A stretch of 64,000 nt of DNA, taken from assembly GCA_965213705.1 (NCBI GenBank), contig OZ243913.1, positions 1,024,001 to 1,088,000 of the forward strand. The letters are read 5' to 3'. Positions 42,473 to 52,635 of this stretch are shown one piece after another. The stretch comes from Trueperaceae bacterium. GTDB lineage: Bacteria; Deinococcota; Deinococci; Deinococcales; Trueperaceae. The translations under genes were made by a program, and so were the position numbers. Every line of letters begins with the position of its first letter. The first letter of the stretch is position 1. The notes beneath the pieces were generated by a model. The model was not told the DNA's origin. It was given only the letters and a program-made list of their open reading frames with translations, and did no database searches.

Positions 42473-43060
42473 TCAAAACCCGGCTGCGCCGTTTCCGCCC
42501 AAATCGGCAGGCGGCTCGCTCCACAGGACGAGGTCGGCTTCGTTCACCCGCACGGGGCCTCGAATCAGGACGTGCGGAACGTGGGCGAAAAACGCCCCGA
42601 ACCGGCCTTGACGGTGGAGTTTTGCGTACCACTGGTGGGTCGCCTCGGGCAGTACCTTCAACTCTTCAAACGTGTCGGGGTCGAAGGGGCTCACGCTGTC
42701 CCCGGCCAGGGTGGCGTCGGGACTGGAGCGCTCGCCCGAACTTTTGTAAATCACGCCGGGAAGACGTGCGACGCGAGCGATGGGTATGCGATAAAACGCC
42801 ACGTCCCCGACGGATTTGCCCAGCTCGAGCCAGGCCCTGTAAACCAAGTGTGGGTGCGCGGGCGAAAAGTGCAGCACGTCGTTCCACAAGCAGTTCAGTA
42901 CGGGCACAACTCTTTCCGGCAACCGCCGCCGGTTCGGATGGTCGGCGTACTTGGCGCGCTGCTGCGCGTACAGGTCGGGATGGGTGTGCCGCAACGCGTT
43001 GAGCGGATAGAGGGTGTCGCCCCGCATGTTTGCAGGCTTCAGGTGATACAGAAAAGGCAT
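42473..43060 (-). CDS. Conserved hypothetical protein
   Basis: LYH..P.NM.G..LYPLN, LNCLWNDVLHFSP.HP; SD GGAGG. Confidence 0.75.
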   Translation of the reverse strand: MPFLYHLKPANMRGDTLYPLNALRHTHPDLYAQQRAKYADHPNRRRLPERVVPVLNCLWNDVLHFSPAHPHLVYRAWLELGKSVGDVAFYRIPIARVARLPGVIYKSSGERSSPDATLAGDSVSPFDPDTFEELKVLPEATHQWYAKLHRQGRFGAFFAHVPHVLIRGPVRVNEADLVLWSEPPADLGGNGAAGF

Positions 43061-43168
43061 GGTGGCCTCCGTGACTTCTCAGTTTAGGTGTAGGGCTTTT
43101 CGAAAACCGTAAAGAAGGCGATGGCGCCCTCAGTGGGAAAAAGGTACGCTGTAGTTACTCAAAAAAGC

Positions 43169-43891
43169 TTATACGTTATCGCAACTGTCCAACAGTGCGG
43201 CCAAGCCTGCGGAGGCGGACAGGGTCAAAGTAGTGTCGGCGCTGGGGGTGAGCGGCGTTTTTTCGAGATTGATTTCGATGACGTAAGCACCTTGTTCTTT
43301 GGCGAGTCGCGCCAAGCTCGCCGCAGGCTCGACCACCGCGGAGGTGCCGACGACGAGGGCGACCTCGGCGTTCGCAAAGGCGTCTATCGCCGCTTGAAAC
43401 GTCGCTTGGGGCAGCGTTTCGCCGAACCACACCACGTTGGGCCGGGCGCGTGAGCCGCAGACGGAGCACCGCGGCGGCAACGCGAAGTTTTCAGCAAGTT
43501 CGTCCAAGTGTCCACAGCGTTCGCAGCGGCTTTGCGTCAGGTTGCCGTGCAGCTCGAGCACCCCCCGCGCCCCCGCCCTTGCGTGCAAACCGTCCACGTT
43601 TTGAGTGACGAGGGTGAGGTCTTTGTGATTCTCGAGCTTGGCGAGGGCGAAGTGGGCGGGATTCGGTGCGGCATTCAAAACCGTGTGCAGGCGCGTTCGG
43701 TACCATGCCCAGACCAACACCGGGTCGCGCGCGTAGGCTTGCGGGGTGGCTAAGTCTTCGGCGCGGTGGTTTCGCCACAGGCCGTTCGTCCCGCGAAACG
43801 TCGGCACGCCCGACTCGGCGCTGACGCCCGCGCCGGTCAACACGGCGACGCGGCGGGCGGCGGCAAGCGCGGCCCTAGCCTCGTCACTCAC
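43169..43891 (-). CDS. cobB: NAD-dependent protein deacylase (sirtuin)
   Basis: TGAGVSAESG.PTFRG, TQNVDGLH, ELHG, Zn-binding cysteines, GTS..V.PAA. Confidence 0.95.
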   Translation of the reverse strand: MSDEARAALAAARRVAVLTGAGVSAESGVPTFRGTNGLWRNHRAEDLATPQAYARDPVLVWAWYRTRLHTVLNAAPNPAHFALAKLENHKDLTLVTQNVDGLHARAGARGVLELHGNLTQSRCERCGHLDELAENFALPPRCSVCGSRARPNVVWFGETLPQATFQAAIDAFANAEVALVVGTSAVVEPAASLARLAKEQGAYVIEINLEKTPLTPSADTTLTLSASAGLAALLDSCDNV

Positions 43892-45344
43892 GCGTTTCGG
43901 TAGCTTCTTGGGACGCGGCTTCTTCGGGTACTTCGGGTACCGGGTCAGCCGCCTCCTCGGACGGTGACACCAACACGCTCGTCACGCGGCGCTCGTCGGC
44001 CTCCTCGACCTCGAAGCGCACCGACTCGTAATGAAGCGTTTCGCCCGCCTGCGGGATGTAACCGAACTGGCTGATGAGAAAGCCCGCCAGGGTGTCGTAG
44101 TCGCCGCCCTCGTCGTCGAAGACGAGTTTGAGTTCGTCGGCGACCTCGTCTAAGTGGACCGAAGCCTGTATGCGGTACTGGTCGTCGCCGAGCGGGGTAA
44201 TTTCCTCGACCTCTTCCAAGTCTGTCTCGTCGTAAATCTCGCCGGTAATCTCTTCGATAATGTCTTCTAGGGTAATCAACCCGGCCGTCCCGCCGAACTC
44301 GTCGACCACGATGGCGAGGTGGTTTTTGCGGGTGCGCATGTCTTTTAACAGCGCCAAAATGTTGAGCGTTTCCGGCACGTACTGGGCGGGGGTCATGAGT
44401 TCGGACACGCGCGTTTCGGCCAACTCCTCGGCGCGGCCGATAAAACTGAGCAGGTCGCGGGTGTAAACGATGCCGCGCACGTTGTCCACCGTTTCGGCGT
44501 AGACGGGCAGGCGGCTGTAGTGCTGGTCGCGGTTGAGGTCGAGCAGGTCTCGCAACGTGGCGGTTTCGCTCACCGCGACGATGCTCACGCGCGGCGTCAT
44601 CACCTCGCGCACCACGGTTTCTTCCAAGTCGATGATGCCTTTGATCATCTCTTCTTCTTGCGCCTCGATGACGCCCGACTCTTCGGCGCTGCGCAGCATG
44701 AGCCGCAGTTCGTTTTCGGTCAAAAGCGGGTTGTCGCCGGGCTCGAGCCGAAACAGCCGCAGCAGCGACGTCGCGATAAACGTGAAAAACAGCCCCACCG
44801 GGTAAAACACGATGGACAGCGCATAAACCGGCCGGATGACGAGCCGCGAAAAAGAGACCGCGTGGTGAACGGCGATGGACTTCGGGGTAATCTCGCCGAA
44901 GATAAGAACCAGAATCGTCATGATGCCGGTCGCGTAGCCGACCGCCAACGACTCGCTGTAGCCGAGCGGCCGCGACAGGCCGATGCTGATTTGGGTAACC
45001 AGCGCGGTCGCGGCGATGTTCGCCAAGTTGTTGCCGATGAGGAGCGTCGTGATAAAGCGGGTGCGGTCGTGTTCCAACAGGGCGAACACGCCGCCGGGGT
45101 CGCGGCCCTCTTCGCGCAGCTCCCGAATCTTCCAGTGGCCGATGGCGGTCAGGGCCGTTTCCGAACCCGACAACACCGCCGACAACGCCAGCAGCACGAC
45201 GAGGCTCAAGATTTGCAACCACGACACACCCCCCTCGACAGCCGTTTGAGCAAAACCGAGCGACGTGCCGAGAAAAAGCGTAAAGCCGATGAGGTAGGGT
45301 CTAACCAGGCGGTAAGGCCTAGATCGGTCTGGCGAATCGTCCAT
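43884..45344 (-). CDS. HlyC/CorC family transporter (CNNM + CBS pair + CorC)
   Basis: SGSETAL, LIGNN, FGEITPK, REVMTPR, VDEFGGTAG.ITLEDIIEEI. Confidence 0.93.
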   Translation of the reverse strand: MDDSPDRSRPYRLVRPYLIGFTLFLGTSLGFAQTAVEGGVSWLQILSLVVLLALSAVLSGSETALTAIGHWKIRELREEGRDPGGVFALLEHDRTRFITTLLIGNNLANIAATALVTQISIGLSRPLGYSESLAVGYATGIMTILVLIFGEITPKSIAVHHAVSFSRLVIRPVYALSIVFYPVGLFFTFIATSLLRLFRLEPGDNPLLTENELRLMLRSAEESGVIEAQEEEMIKGIIDLEETVVREVMTPRVSIVAVSETATLRDLLDLNRDQHYSRLPVYAETVDNVRGIVYTRDLLSFIGRAEELAETRVSELMTPAQYVPETLNILALLKDMRTRKNHLAIVVDEFGGTAGLITLEDIIEEITGEIYDETDLEEVEEITPLGDDQYRIQASVHLDEVADELKLVFDDEGGDYDTLAGFLISQFGYIPQAGETLHYESVRFEVEEADERRVTSVLVSPSEEAADPVPEVPEEAASQEATETRE

Positions 45345-45539
45345 CAATGGGGGGATTCTAGCACACAGCTCGCGCGGGGGCGGGTTCTGGGACGGCGGGA
45401 CGGGGCTCGAGCGGCGCTCAGGGCTTGTGGATACCGGGGTTAGCCGTCCAAGACCGCACGATTTTCGGGGCCGCGGGCGTGTCCGCGCGCAACTCGTTCG
45501 AACAGGGTTATGATGACGCGACGAGGTTTCGAGACTTGT

Positions 45540-45872
45540 ATGGAATCCCAAACCACCGCGCAGGCACTGCGCCCGCCCGACTTTCTTTTGCGCGCCGGTG
45601 TGCCGACGTTGCGGTGGCGGACGGTCACGTCGGCGCGCGGTCTCGAGCGTGACGCCCGCGCCGGCTACCCCACTCACTACCCCGCCGACCCAGGCTTACC
45701 TTACGAAGCTCGCCTGCCCGCCAACACCCTGCCCGACGACACCCTAGCCGACGACACCCTGTCGGACGCACCCGTCGTAGACGCCGACGAAACGGACTTT
45801 TCGACAACGGCCGACGCCGCGCGTTTGTTCGAAGTTTCAGGGCGACGTGACCTCCGGGTGGCTTTGTTGTGA
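45540..45872 (+). CDS. Hypothetical protein upstream of murE
   Basis: Stop overlaps the murE start (GTGA); internal 15 bp triple repeat; no family recognised. Confidence 0.4.
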   Translation: MESQTTAQALRPPDFLLRAGVPTLRWRTVTSARGLERDARAGYPTHYPADPGLPYEARLPANTLPDDTLADDTLSDAPVVDADETDFSTTADAARLFEVSGRRDLRVALL

Positions 45873-47338
45873 CGCTGTCCGAACTGTTGCGTCAGGCCCT
45901 GGGTGTGCGGCGGGCGCTGCCCGAGACGACCGTGACGGGCGTCGTCCAAGACCACCGCCGCGTGGGGCCGGGCGCGGTGTTCGTGGCGCGGCGGGGCGGC
46001 GCTACGGACGGGCACCGCTTCGCCAAACTCGCCGCCCAAGCGGGCGCGGCGGCCGTGGTCGGGCAGCAGCCGGGCGTGCCTGTGTTGCCGTGGCAGCACG
46101 TGCCTTACGTTCATGTGGCCGACGACAAAACGGCCCTCGCCAAACTCGCGGCGGCGTTCTACGGCCATCCTGCCCGCAGCCTCACCACGCTCGGCGTGAC
46201 CGGCACCGACGGGAAAACGACGACCTCGTTTTTGCTTCACCACCTGCTGCGTGCCGAGTTTCAAACCGGGTTGCTGAGCACGGCGGGGCACAAAGTCAAC
46301 GACACGCCGCTGGACTTAGCGGGCCACTTCACCACGCCCGAAGCGCCGGAGGTGCAAGCGCTTTTGGCCCGATTTCGGGACGCGGGCTGCAGTCACGCGG
46401 TCGTCGAGGCGAGTTCGCACGGGCTCAAACAGCACCGGCTGGACGAGATTTCTTTCGAAACCGGCGTGTGGACGAACCTGACGCCCGAACACCTGGATTT
46501 TCACGGCACCCTGGCCGCCTACCGGGACGCCAAACTCACCCTGGTCAGGCGCGCGCAAAAAAGCGTCCTCAACCGGGACGACGCCTCGTTCGAACAGTTT
46601 GCGGCGGCCTCGAGCCAACCCGTCAGCTACGGCGAACACCCGGACAGCGACTGGCGGGCCACCGACATAGAGAGCGAGCCCGGCGCTCAGCGGTTTCGGT
46701 TGCAGGTGAAAACGCTCGGAGGTTTTCTCGAGCGCAGCGTCCGGTTGCCCCTCGTCGGGCGTTACAACGTCCACAACGCGCTCGCCGCGCTGGCGGCGGC
46801 GCACGCGGTCGGGCTGGACCTGGACACCTTGCTCGTGCGGCTCGAGACTTTTTCAGGCGTGCCGGGGCGCATGGAGGTGGTACAACACGCACCCTTCGGC
46901 CTCGTCGTGGACTTCGCCCACACGCCCGCCGCGCTCGAAAAACTGCTCCAAACGCTGCGCCCCGCGACGAAGGGCAAACTCGTCGTCGTGGTGGGCGCGG
47001 CGGGCGAGCGCGACCCCGGCAAACGGCAACCTTTGGGCCGGGTCGCGGCGCGTCACGCCGACGTCGCTATTTTTACCGAAGAGGATTCGCGCTCCGAAGA
47101 CGTCGAAACCATCCTGCGCGACATCGTGCAGGGCGCGCAGACTGTCGGCAAAAACTACCGCACCGTCAGCGACCGGAGCGCCGCCATCCACGCCGCAGTC
47201 GCCCTGGCCGCGCCGGGCGACACGGTGGTGCTGGCGGGTAAGGGCCACGAGCGCACGCTCGAGCGCGCCTTTGAGACGCTGCCCTGGGACGAGGTCGCGG
47301 AGGCCCGGCGGGCTCTGGCTAAACTGGGTTTGGGTTAG
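45869..47338 (+). CDS. murE: UDP-N-acetylmuramoyl-dipeptide ligase MurE
   Basis: GVTGTDGKTT, TTPE, EASSHG, NLTPEHLDFH, DFAHTP, AGKGHE. EDSR replaces DNPR, compatible with a non-DAP substrate. Confidence 0.95.
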   Translation: MTLSELLRQALGVRRALPETTVTGVVQDHRRVGPGAVFVARRGGATDGHRFAKLAAQAGAAAVVGQQPGVPVLPWQHVPYVHVADDKTALAKLAAAFYGHPARSLTTLGVTGTDGKTTTSFLLHHLLRAEFQTGLLSTAGHKVNDTPLDLAGHFTTPEAPEVQALLARFRDAGCSHAVVEASSHGLKQHRLDEISFETGVWTNLTPEHLDFHGTLAAYRDAKLTLVRRAQKSVLNRDDASFEQFAAASSQPVSYGEHPDSDWRATDIESEPGAQRFRLQVKTLGGFLERSVRLPLVGRYNVHNALAALAAAHAVGLDLDTLLVRLETFSGVPGRMEVVQHAPFGLVVDFAHTPAALEKLLQTLRPATKGKLVVVVGAAGERDPGKRQPLGRVAARHADVAIFTEEDSRSEDVETILRDIVQGAQTVGKNYRTVSDRSAAIHAAVALAAPGDTVVLAGKGHERTLERAFETLPWDEVAEARRALAKLGLG

Positions 47339-47611
47339 GAAAGAGCTTGGGACGTTCGGCGTGTACGCGCGCTCGAGCCGGGCGAAACCGTCAGCGGTTC
47401 CAGGAGCGATTTAAGACGTGCCGACGCGCAAGTTCAGAAGCAGACCCCCACCGGGCCACCGCCCCCAAAAAGGGAGGTAGTACGGATTCCTGTACTACAG
47501 CTTGTAACCTTTGTTGTTCGCTTCCTTGTCGCTAGTCCGTATTTTTCTTCTCGCTCTGCGCGCATTTGATTCTGAGGGAATCAACCGGAAAGGGTCTCAA
47601 GTCAACATGGT

Positions 47612-49804
47612 TTAGCTCAGCTCGAGCGGCAGCGTCCGCAACCGTTGCCCGGTCAGCGCGAACACCGCATTTGCTACCGCCGCCGCGACCGGCCCCAGGG
47701 GCGGCTCGCCCACGCCGAAAGGCTCGTCGCCGCTCTGCACAACAACCACTTCGATGTCGGGCGTTTCTTTCATGGTCAGGAGCGGGTACTTGTCGAAGTT
47801 CGACGGCTCGAACTGGGAATCTTTGACGCTCAAGCGTTCAAGCAGCGTGGAGCTGAGGCCCATAACGACCGCGCCCTGCGTCTGCGCTTTAACCCCGTCG
47901 GGGTTGACGACGAAGCCGGGGTCGATGGCCGCCGTAACTCTGTGAACCCGGACTTTACCGTTTTGAACGGACACTTCCGCGACCTGGGCGCAGACGGTCT
48001 GCACGTCGGTGGAGCAGGCGATTCCGTAAGCGCGGCCTTCGGGTGGGGGCGTGTGCCAACCGGCGCGGTCGGCGGCGGCGTTCAGGACGGCCTTCATGCG
48101 CACGCCGTGCTCGGAATCGGTGAGGTGGCGCAGGCGAAACTCGAGCGCATCCATGCCGGCTTTGTCAGCCAACTCGTCCATAAAACTTTCGACCGCGAAG
48201 GTGTTGCAGAGCAGCCCGAGACCGCGCCACCAGCCGGTTTTGACCGGCAACTGGGCGCGCTGCGAGACGACCCGGCGGTTTGCAATGCCGTCGTAGTGAA
48301 ACCTCGAGCCGCGCCACGCCCCAAAGTCCGCGCCGAACAAGACGACCAAAAAGTTCGGAAAAAAGGGAAACGCCACGTCGCCGCTCGACTGCACGTGCTC
48401 CACGGCGAGGATGTTGCCGTCGTCGTCCAGCGACCCGCGCAGGCGGTTGTGCGTCGGCGGACGGACGTAGCCGTTGCGAAACTCTTCGGTTCGGTTCCAA
48501 CCCACGTGGACGGGCGCGCCCACGGCCTGCGACAACCGCGCCGCCTCCTTGGCAACTTCTACGTTCAGCCTGCGCCCGAAACCGCCGCCCAGGTAGGTCG
48601 CGGTCACTTCGACCGCGTCTTTTTCGCGCCCCAAGAGCTTGACCAGTTCGTCGCGGACAAGCCCCGGCGACTGGGTGGAGACGAGCGCCGTCACTTTGTC
48701 GGGTGTCACGTCGACCATCGCCGCTTGAGGCTCCAAGTGCGCGTGTGCCGCCATCGGGCTGCGGTACTCCGCCTCGATAAGGGTACCCTTGCCGAGATTG
48801 GCCCTGGTTCGGCCTTCGCGCTGAATGACCACACCGCCATCGTCGCTCACCCGGACGAGCGCGTCGATGTCGGCTTGTTGAAGAGACTCGCCTTCTTGCC
48901 ACGCCAGGTCCAGGGCCGCCACGCCCGCGTAGGCTTGCGCCCGCGTTTTCGCGACCACCCCGGCGAAGCCGTCTTGCAAGACGACGTCGACGACGCCGGG
49001 CTGCTTGCGCGCCGAACCTTCGGCCGCGCTTAGGAGCGTCGCGCCGAGCGTGGGCGGCCGCGCCACCGCGCCGTAGAGCATCCCGGGGACACGCACGTCG
49101 TAGCCGTAGACGGCTCGCCCGGTCAACTTTTCTACAAAGTCCACCCGTTTCAGCGCCTTGCCGATGTAGCGAAAATCCTGTACCGCTTTCAGGGCGGGCG
49201 CGTCGTTGGGAACGTCCCAGTCACCGACGCCCTCGACCACTTCGGCGTAGGTCATGGTTTTGTCGGGGTCGGTTTGCTGAAAAAAGCGGCCGTCCATCGC
49301 CACGACGCCTTCTACCTCGACCCCCCATTTTTCGGCCGCCTTGGCGCGCAGCATCTCGCGCATGGTGGCGGCGGCCTCGCGCAGCGGCGTAAAGAGCGTG
49401 CTCACCGTGTTGCTCGCGCCCGTTCCGAAGCCGTCGCTGATGCCCCTCGACGTGCTCGCGGACACCACCCGCACGCTCTCGAAAGGCACCTCCAACTCCT
49501 CCGCCGCAACCTGCGCCAGCGCCGTGTGGACGCCCTGGCCCATTTCGACTTTGGGTAAGTAGAGGAGCATTGCGTTGTCCGGCCCAACCTCGAACCAACT
49601 CGTCACCGGGCCTTCGGTGCTGCCGGGGGCTCCGGCAGTCTCTAACCTATCGGCAATTGCCAGCCGCGCTTCGGGCAGGCCGTAGCGCCAACCCAACGCC
49701 AATCCCACGCCCGCGACGCCCGTGCCTATCAAAAAACCGCGCCGCGACACGCGCCAGCGGCGTTTGCCCCGTGCGGCGGCTTCGGCTGCTCTTTCGTCCG
49801 CCAT
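47612..49804 (-). CDS. Molybdopterin oxidoreductase large subunit (IorB-like), Tat signal
   Basis: SRRGFL, EMGQG..T, GGGFGRR, GWWRG, GVGEP. Confidence 0.92.
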   Translation of the reverse strand: MADERAAEAAARGKRRWRVSRRGFLIGTGVAGVGLALGWRYGLPEARLAIADRLETAGAPGSTEGPVTSWFEVGPDNAMLLYLPKVEMGQGVHTALAQVAAEELEVPFESVRVVSASTSRGISDGFGTGASNTVSTLFTPLREAAATMREMLRAKAAEKWGVEVEGVVAMDGRFFQQTDPDKTMTYAEVVEGVGDWDVPNDAPALKAVQDFRYIGKALKRVDFVEKLTGRAVYGYDVRVPGMLYGAVARPPTLGATLLSAAEGSARKQPGVVDVVLQDGFAGVVAKTRAQAYAGVAALDLAWQEGESLQQADIDALVRVSDDGGVVIQREGRTRANLGKGTLIEAEYRSPMAAHAHLEPQAAMVDVTPDKVTALVSTQSPGLVRDELVKLLGREKDAVEVTATYLGGGFGRRLNVEVAKEAARLSQAVGAPVHVGWNRTEEFRNGYVRPPTHNRLRGSLDDDGNILAVEHVQSSGDVAFPFFPNFLVVLFGADFGAWRGSRFHYDGIANRRVVSQRAQLPVKTGWWRGLGLLCNTFAVESFMDELADKAGMDALEFRLRHLTDSEHGVRMKAVLNAAADRAGWHTPPPEGRAYGIACSTDVQTVCAQVAEVSVQNGKVRVHRVTAAIDPGFVVNPDGVKAQTQGAVVMGLSSTLLERLSVKDSQFEPSNFDKYPLLTMKETPDIEVVVVQSGDEPFGVGEPPLGPVAAAVANAVFALTGQRLRTLPLELS

Positions 49805-50295
49805 CAGCCGGCCTGCGCTTCGGTCGCCCGGACCTTTTGGGCCGCGGCGGCTACGGCTACTTTGATGCGGACGTAACAACCGCAGCGGCAGTAGTTGTTG
49901 CCCATCGCGTTTACGATGTCCTCTTCGGTGGGCTCAGGTGTTTGTTCCAAAAAGGCCAGCGCCGTCATCATCTGCCCGTTCATGCACCAAGCGCACTGCG
50001 GCACCTGGGCTTCGATAAAGGCTTGTTGGACGGGGTGCAGGTGTTCGTTGCCGTCGGCGTCTGAGGTGGCGAGGCCTTCGACGGTGCGAACCTCTCGGCC
50101 CGCGGCAGCCGCGACGGGCGTGACGCATGAGCGCACGGCGTCGCCGCCTAGGTGAACCGTACAAGAGCCGCAAATCCCGATGCCGCAACCGAACTTCGTT
50201 CCCGTCAGGCCGAGTTCGTCGCGCAGCACCCACAGCAACATGTCGCCCGAGTCGGCCTCGGACGAAAAAGTTTGACCGTTAACTGTCAATTCCAT
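49804..50295 (-). CDS. 2Fe-2S small subunit (IorA-like)
   Basis: GTKFGCGIGICGSCTV, QCAWC, CRCG.Y. Confidence 0.93.
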   Translation of the reverse strand: MELTVNGQTFSSEADSGDMLLWVLRDELGLTGTKFGCGIGICGSCTVHLGGDAVRSCVTPVAAAAGREVRTVEGLATSDADGNEHLHPVQQAFIEAQVPQCAWCMNGQMMTALAFLEQTPEPTEEDIVNAMGNNYCRCGCYVRIKVAVAAAAQKVRATEAQAG

Positions 50296-50396
50296 TCTTA
50301 CAGTTTAAGGCCAGCGCGGTCTGAAGGCAAAAACGCCAACACTTCAGAGGTTCCTGAAAGTGCCCTGCGCGTGTTTGTTCAACCCGCGAGCGCCTT

Positions 50397-52322
50397 TTAC
50401 CAGCCCTGAAAACGCCCGCCGGGCGGCACGATGACGGCTTCGAAGCGGACGCTCATGGGAAAGTAGTTGTTCAGCTCGAGGCTGTCGCCGCTCTGCGTAA
50501 AGTAAGCGTTGTCGATGGGCCGCCCTTCGCCGTCTTTGACGACGAGCATCACGTCGTCGATGCCGTTGGCCCAGTTGACGCGGGCGTAGTTCAGGAACGA
50601 ACTCAGCGGTTGGCTGGTCTCGTAAACGCCGGGTTCGGAAAAACTCAGTTGGGCGTCGCTGCAAGCGGGCGAGGTGGAGATGTCTTTGGGCACCAAACAC
50701 AGTTGGTACTGGACCGGCGTGTCGCTCGGTTTGCTCAGGACTTCCAAGCGCTGGTAAACCGTGCCGCCCGCGTAGTCGACCGGCGCGGTCAGGCTTCTCG
50801 CCAGGGTGTCGGGCGCGCCGAAAAACGAGTAGGCACCGCTGCCGCCCTGTTCGCTTTTGTGGGTGTAGGCGACGTCGAGAAGTCCGACCTGGACGGCGCG
50901 GGCCGCTCTCGGGGCGCTCGCTTCGGTCGGGGCCGGGGCTGTAGCCGGAACGGGAGCCGTGACCGCGGCGGGTGGCGCGGGCGCGGCGGGGGGTGGGGGC
51001 GGCGTTGCCGCTCGAGCTTCGGTTGTCTGCGCGGCGTCTGCCGCCTCTTGGGCTGCCTCTTGGGCTGCTTGTTGCGCAGCTTGGGCGGCTTGCGCGGCCT
51101 CGGCGGCTCGAGCCGCCTCTTCGTCGGCCTGCGCTACCTGCGCGGCGAGCTGCTGTGACGCCCGCTGAAAAGCGTTTGCGTAGCTGCTGTCGTTCGGGCT
51201 CAGCGTGCGGGCGCGCTCGTAAAAGCTGACCGCGTCGCTCAGGTTCTCAGCCTCCAAAGCGATGCGACCCAGCCACGCCCAAGCGTCCCCGTAACGACTG
51301 TTCTCGTTCACCGCGCTGCGAAAGCTCTGCCGCGCGGCCTCGGTGCGGCCCTGGGTGTACAGGTCGACCCCCGTCTGATAAGCCGCGAACGCTCTAACGC
51401 CCCACCGGCTCTGGTTGCGCGTCAGGGTGACGGCCTGGAGGGCTTCACCGTTTTGAGGCTCGAGGGCGACCACGCGCTGCCAGTACTCGAGCGCCGTTTC
51501 GGGCCGACCGAGGTCTTGACTGGTGCGCGCGGCGCTCTTCAGGGCCGCCACGAAGTCCGGGTTGGCTTGGCTGGCCCGCTCGAAAGCGTCGAGCGCGGCC
51601 GCAGCGTCACCTGCGGCCGCCAGCTCTACGCCTTCGCGGTACGCTCGGCTCGCGCCGACGCCGTAGGTCAGCTGTTCTCTCGCCTCTTCAAACAGCGCCT
51701 GGTAACGTTCGTTGTCGGGGTCGCTGCGAACCAGGCCTTCTAAAAAACCCTCCGCTTCGTTCGGCTGCTCGAGGGCTAAGTAACTCAGCGCCAAGCGTTC
51801 GGCCGCTTCCGCGCTGCTCGGCTCGACGCTGAGGAGCGCGTCGTAGTAGGTCAGCGCCGCTTCGAAGTCCTGGTTGTCAAAGCTGTTGTCGCCCAGCCAG
51901 GCACTCGCTTCCGCGATGTAGCGGCCCGTCTGAACAGTGACGGGTCCGCCTAACTCTACATACGTTTTCCAGGCGTCCCAGGCGCGGCTGTACCACTTGA
52001 CGATGGTATAAACCTGTCCCAAAAAACGGTAGGGCTCGAGGCGGTCGGGCGCTGCTGAGCGCGCCGCCTCGCCGTAGCGAATCGCCTCTTTCCATAACGG
52101 TCTATCCAAATACTGAACGTCGTAGGTCGCCAACGCTTCGGAGGCCGCTCGTTGGCCTTTGGCAAGGGCGTCTTGCGCCGCCTCGGGCAACGACGTTTGA
52201 GCGAAGCTCAGGACGGCCAAAGTCCACAAACCAATGACCACACATCCCAACCGAGCCCTGCGCCATCGGGCTGTGCGCCGCCGCGGCGGTCTAAGCAGTT
52301 GAGGTTTGCGAGCAAGGTTCAT
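50397..52322 (-). CDS. Exported TPR protein with Ala/Pro stalk and unknown Cys-containing C-terminal domain
   Basis: Hydrophobic signal segment, multiple TPR repeats, A/Q helix and Pro linker, about 165 aa beta-rich C-terminal domain. Confidence 0.8.
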   Translation of the reverse strand: MNLARKPQLLRPPRRRTARWRRARLGCVVIGLWTLAVLSFAQTSLPEAAQDALAKGQRAASEALATYDVQYLDRPLWKEAIRYGEAARSAAPDRLEPYRFLGQVYTIVKWYSRAWDAWKTYVELGGPVTVQTGRYIAEASAWLGDNSFDNQDFEAALTYYDALLSVEPSSAEAAERLALSYLALEQPNEAEGFLEGLVRSDPDNERYQALFEEAREQLTYGVGASRAYREGVELAAAGDAAAALDAFERASQANPDFVAALKSAARTSQDLGRPETALEYWQRVVALEPQNGEALQAVTLTRNQSRWGVRAFAAYQTGVDLYTQGRTEAARQSFRSAVNENSRYGDAWAWLGRIALEAENLSDAVSFYERARTLSPNDSSYANAFQRASQQLAAQVAQADEEAARAAEAAQAAQAAQQAAQEAAQEAADAAQTTEARAATPPPPPAAPAPPAAVTAPVPATAPAPTEASAPRAARAVQVGLLDVAYTHKSEQGGSGAYSFFGAPDTLARSLTAPVDYAGGTVYQRLEVLSKPSDTPVQYQLCLVPKDISTSPACSDAQLSFSEPGVYETSQPLSSFLNYARVNWANGIDDVMLVVKDGEGRPIDNAYFTQSGDSLELNNYFPMSVRFEAVIVPPGGRFQGW

Positions 52323-52635
52323 TCCGCATTTATTCTAACGAGTTCAAGATGATAAAGAAGTGTCCGGTGTACGCCGAGTCCCGGACAACCGTCGGGGGTG
52401 CTCAACCCGTTCGGCGCCGTCTGACGGTACCGCGCTTTCTCTGCCCCCCTGAGTCTTGTGGATGAGTCTTGTGGACCGATGTTCCCGTTAAGGTGGGAGG
52501 GTTGTCGCGAGGTCTAAAGGCGGAGTTGTATAGTGAGACAAACCGTGGGGGAGGGCGCCCAGCCGACTCACCAAGGAATTCGCCCTCCCCGGTAAAGTGT
52601 CCCCGGTAAAGAGAGGGTACGAGAGTGAACAACCC

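Noticed and set aside
43169..43891. Sirtuin as a Thoeris/DSR-type defence NADase
   Set aside because: Canonical Zn-binding CobB deacylase in a housekeeping context.
47340..47610. Intergenic region checked for tRNA, ncRNA or a small gene
   Set aside because: No cloverleaf and no recognisable intact ORF; possibly a gene remnant but unassignable.
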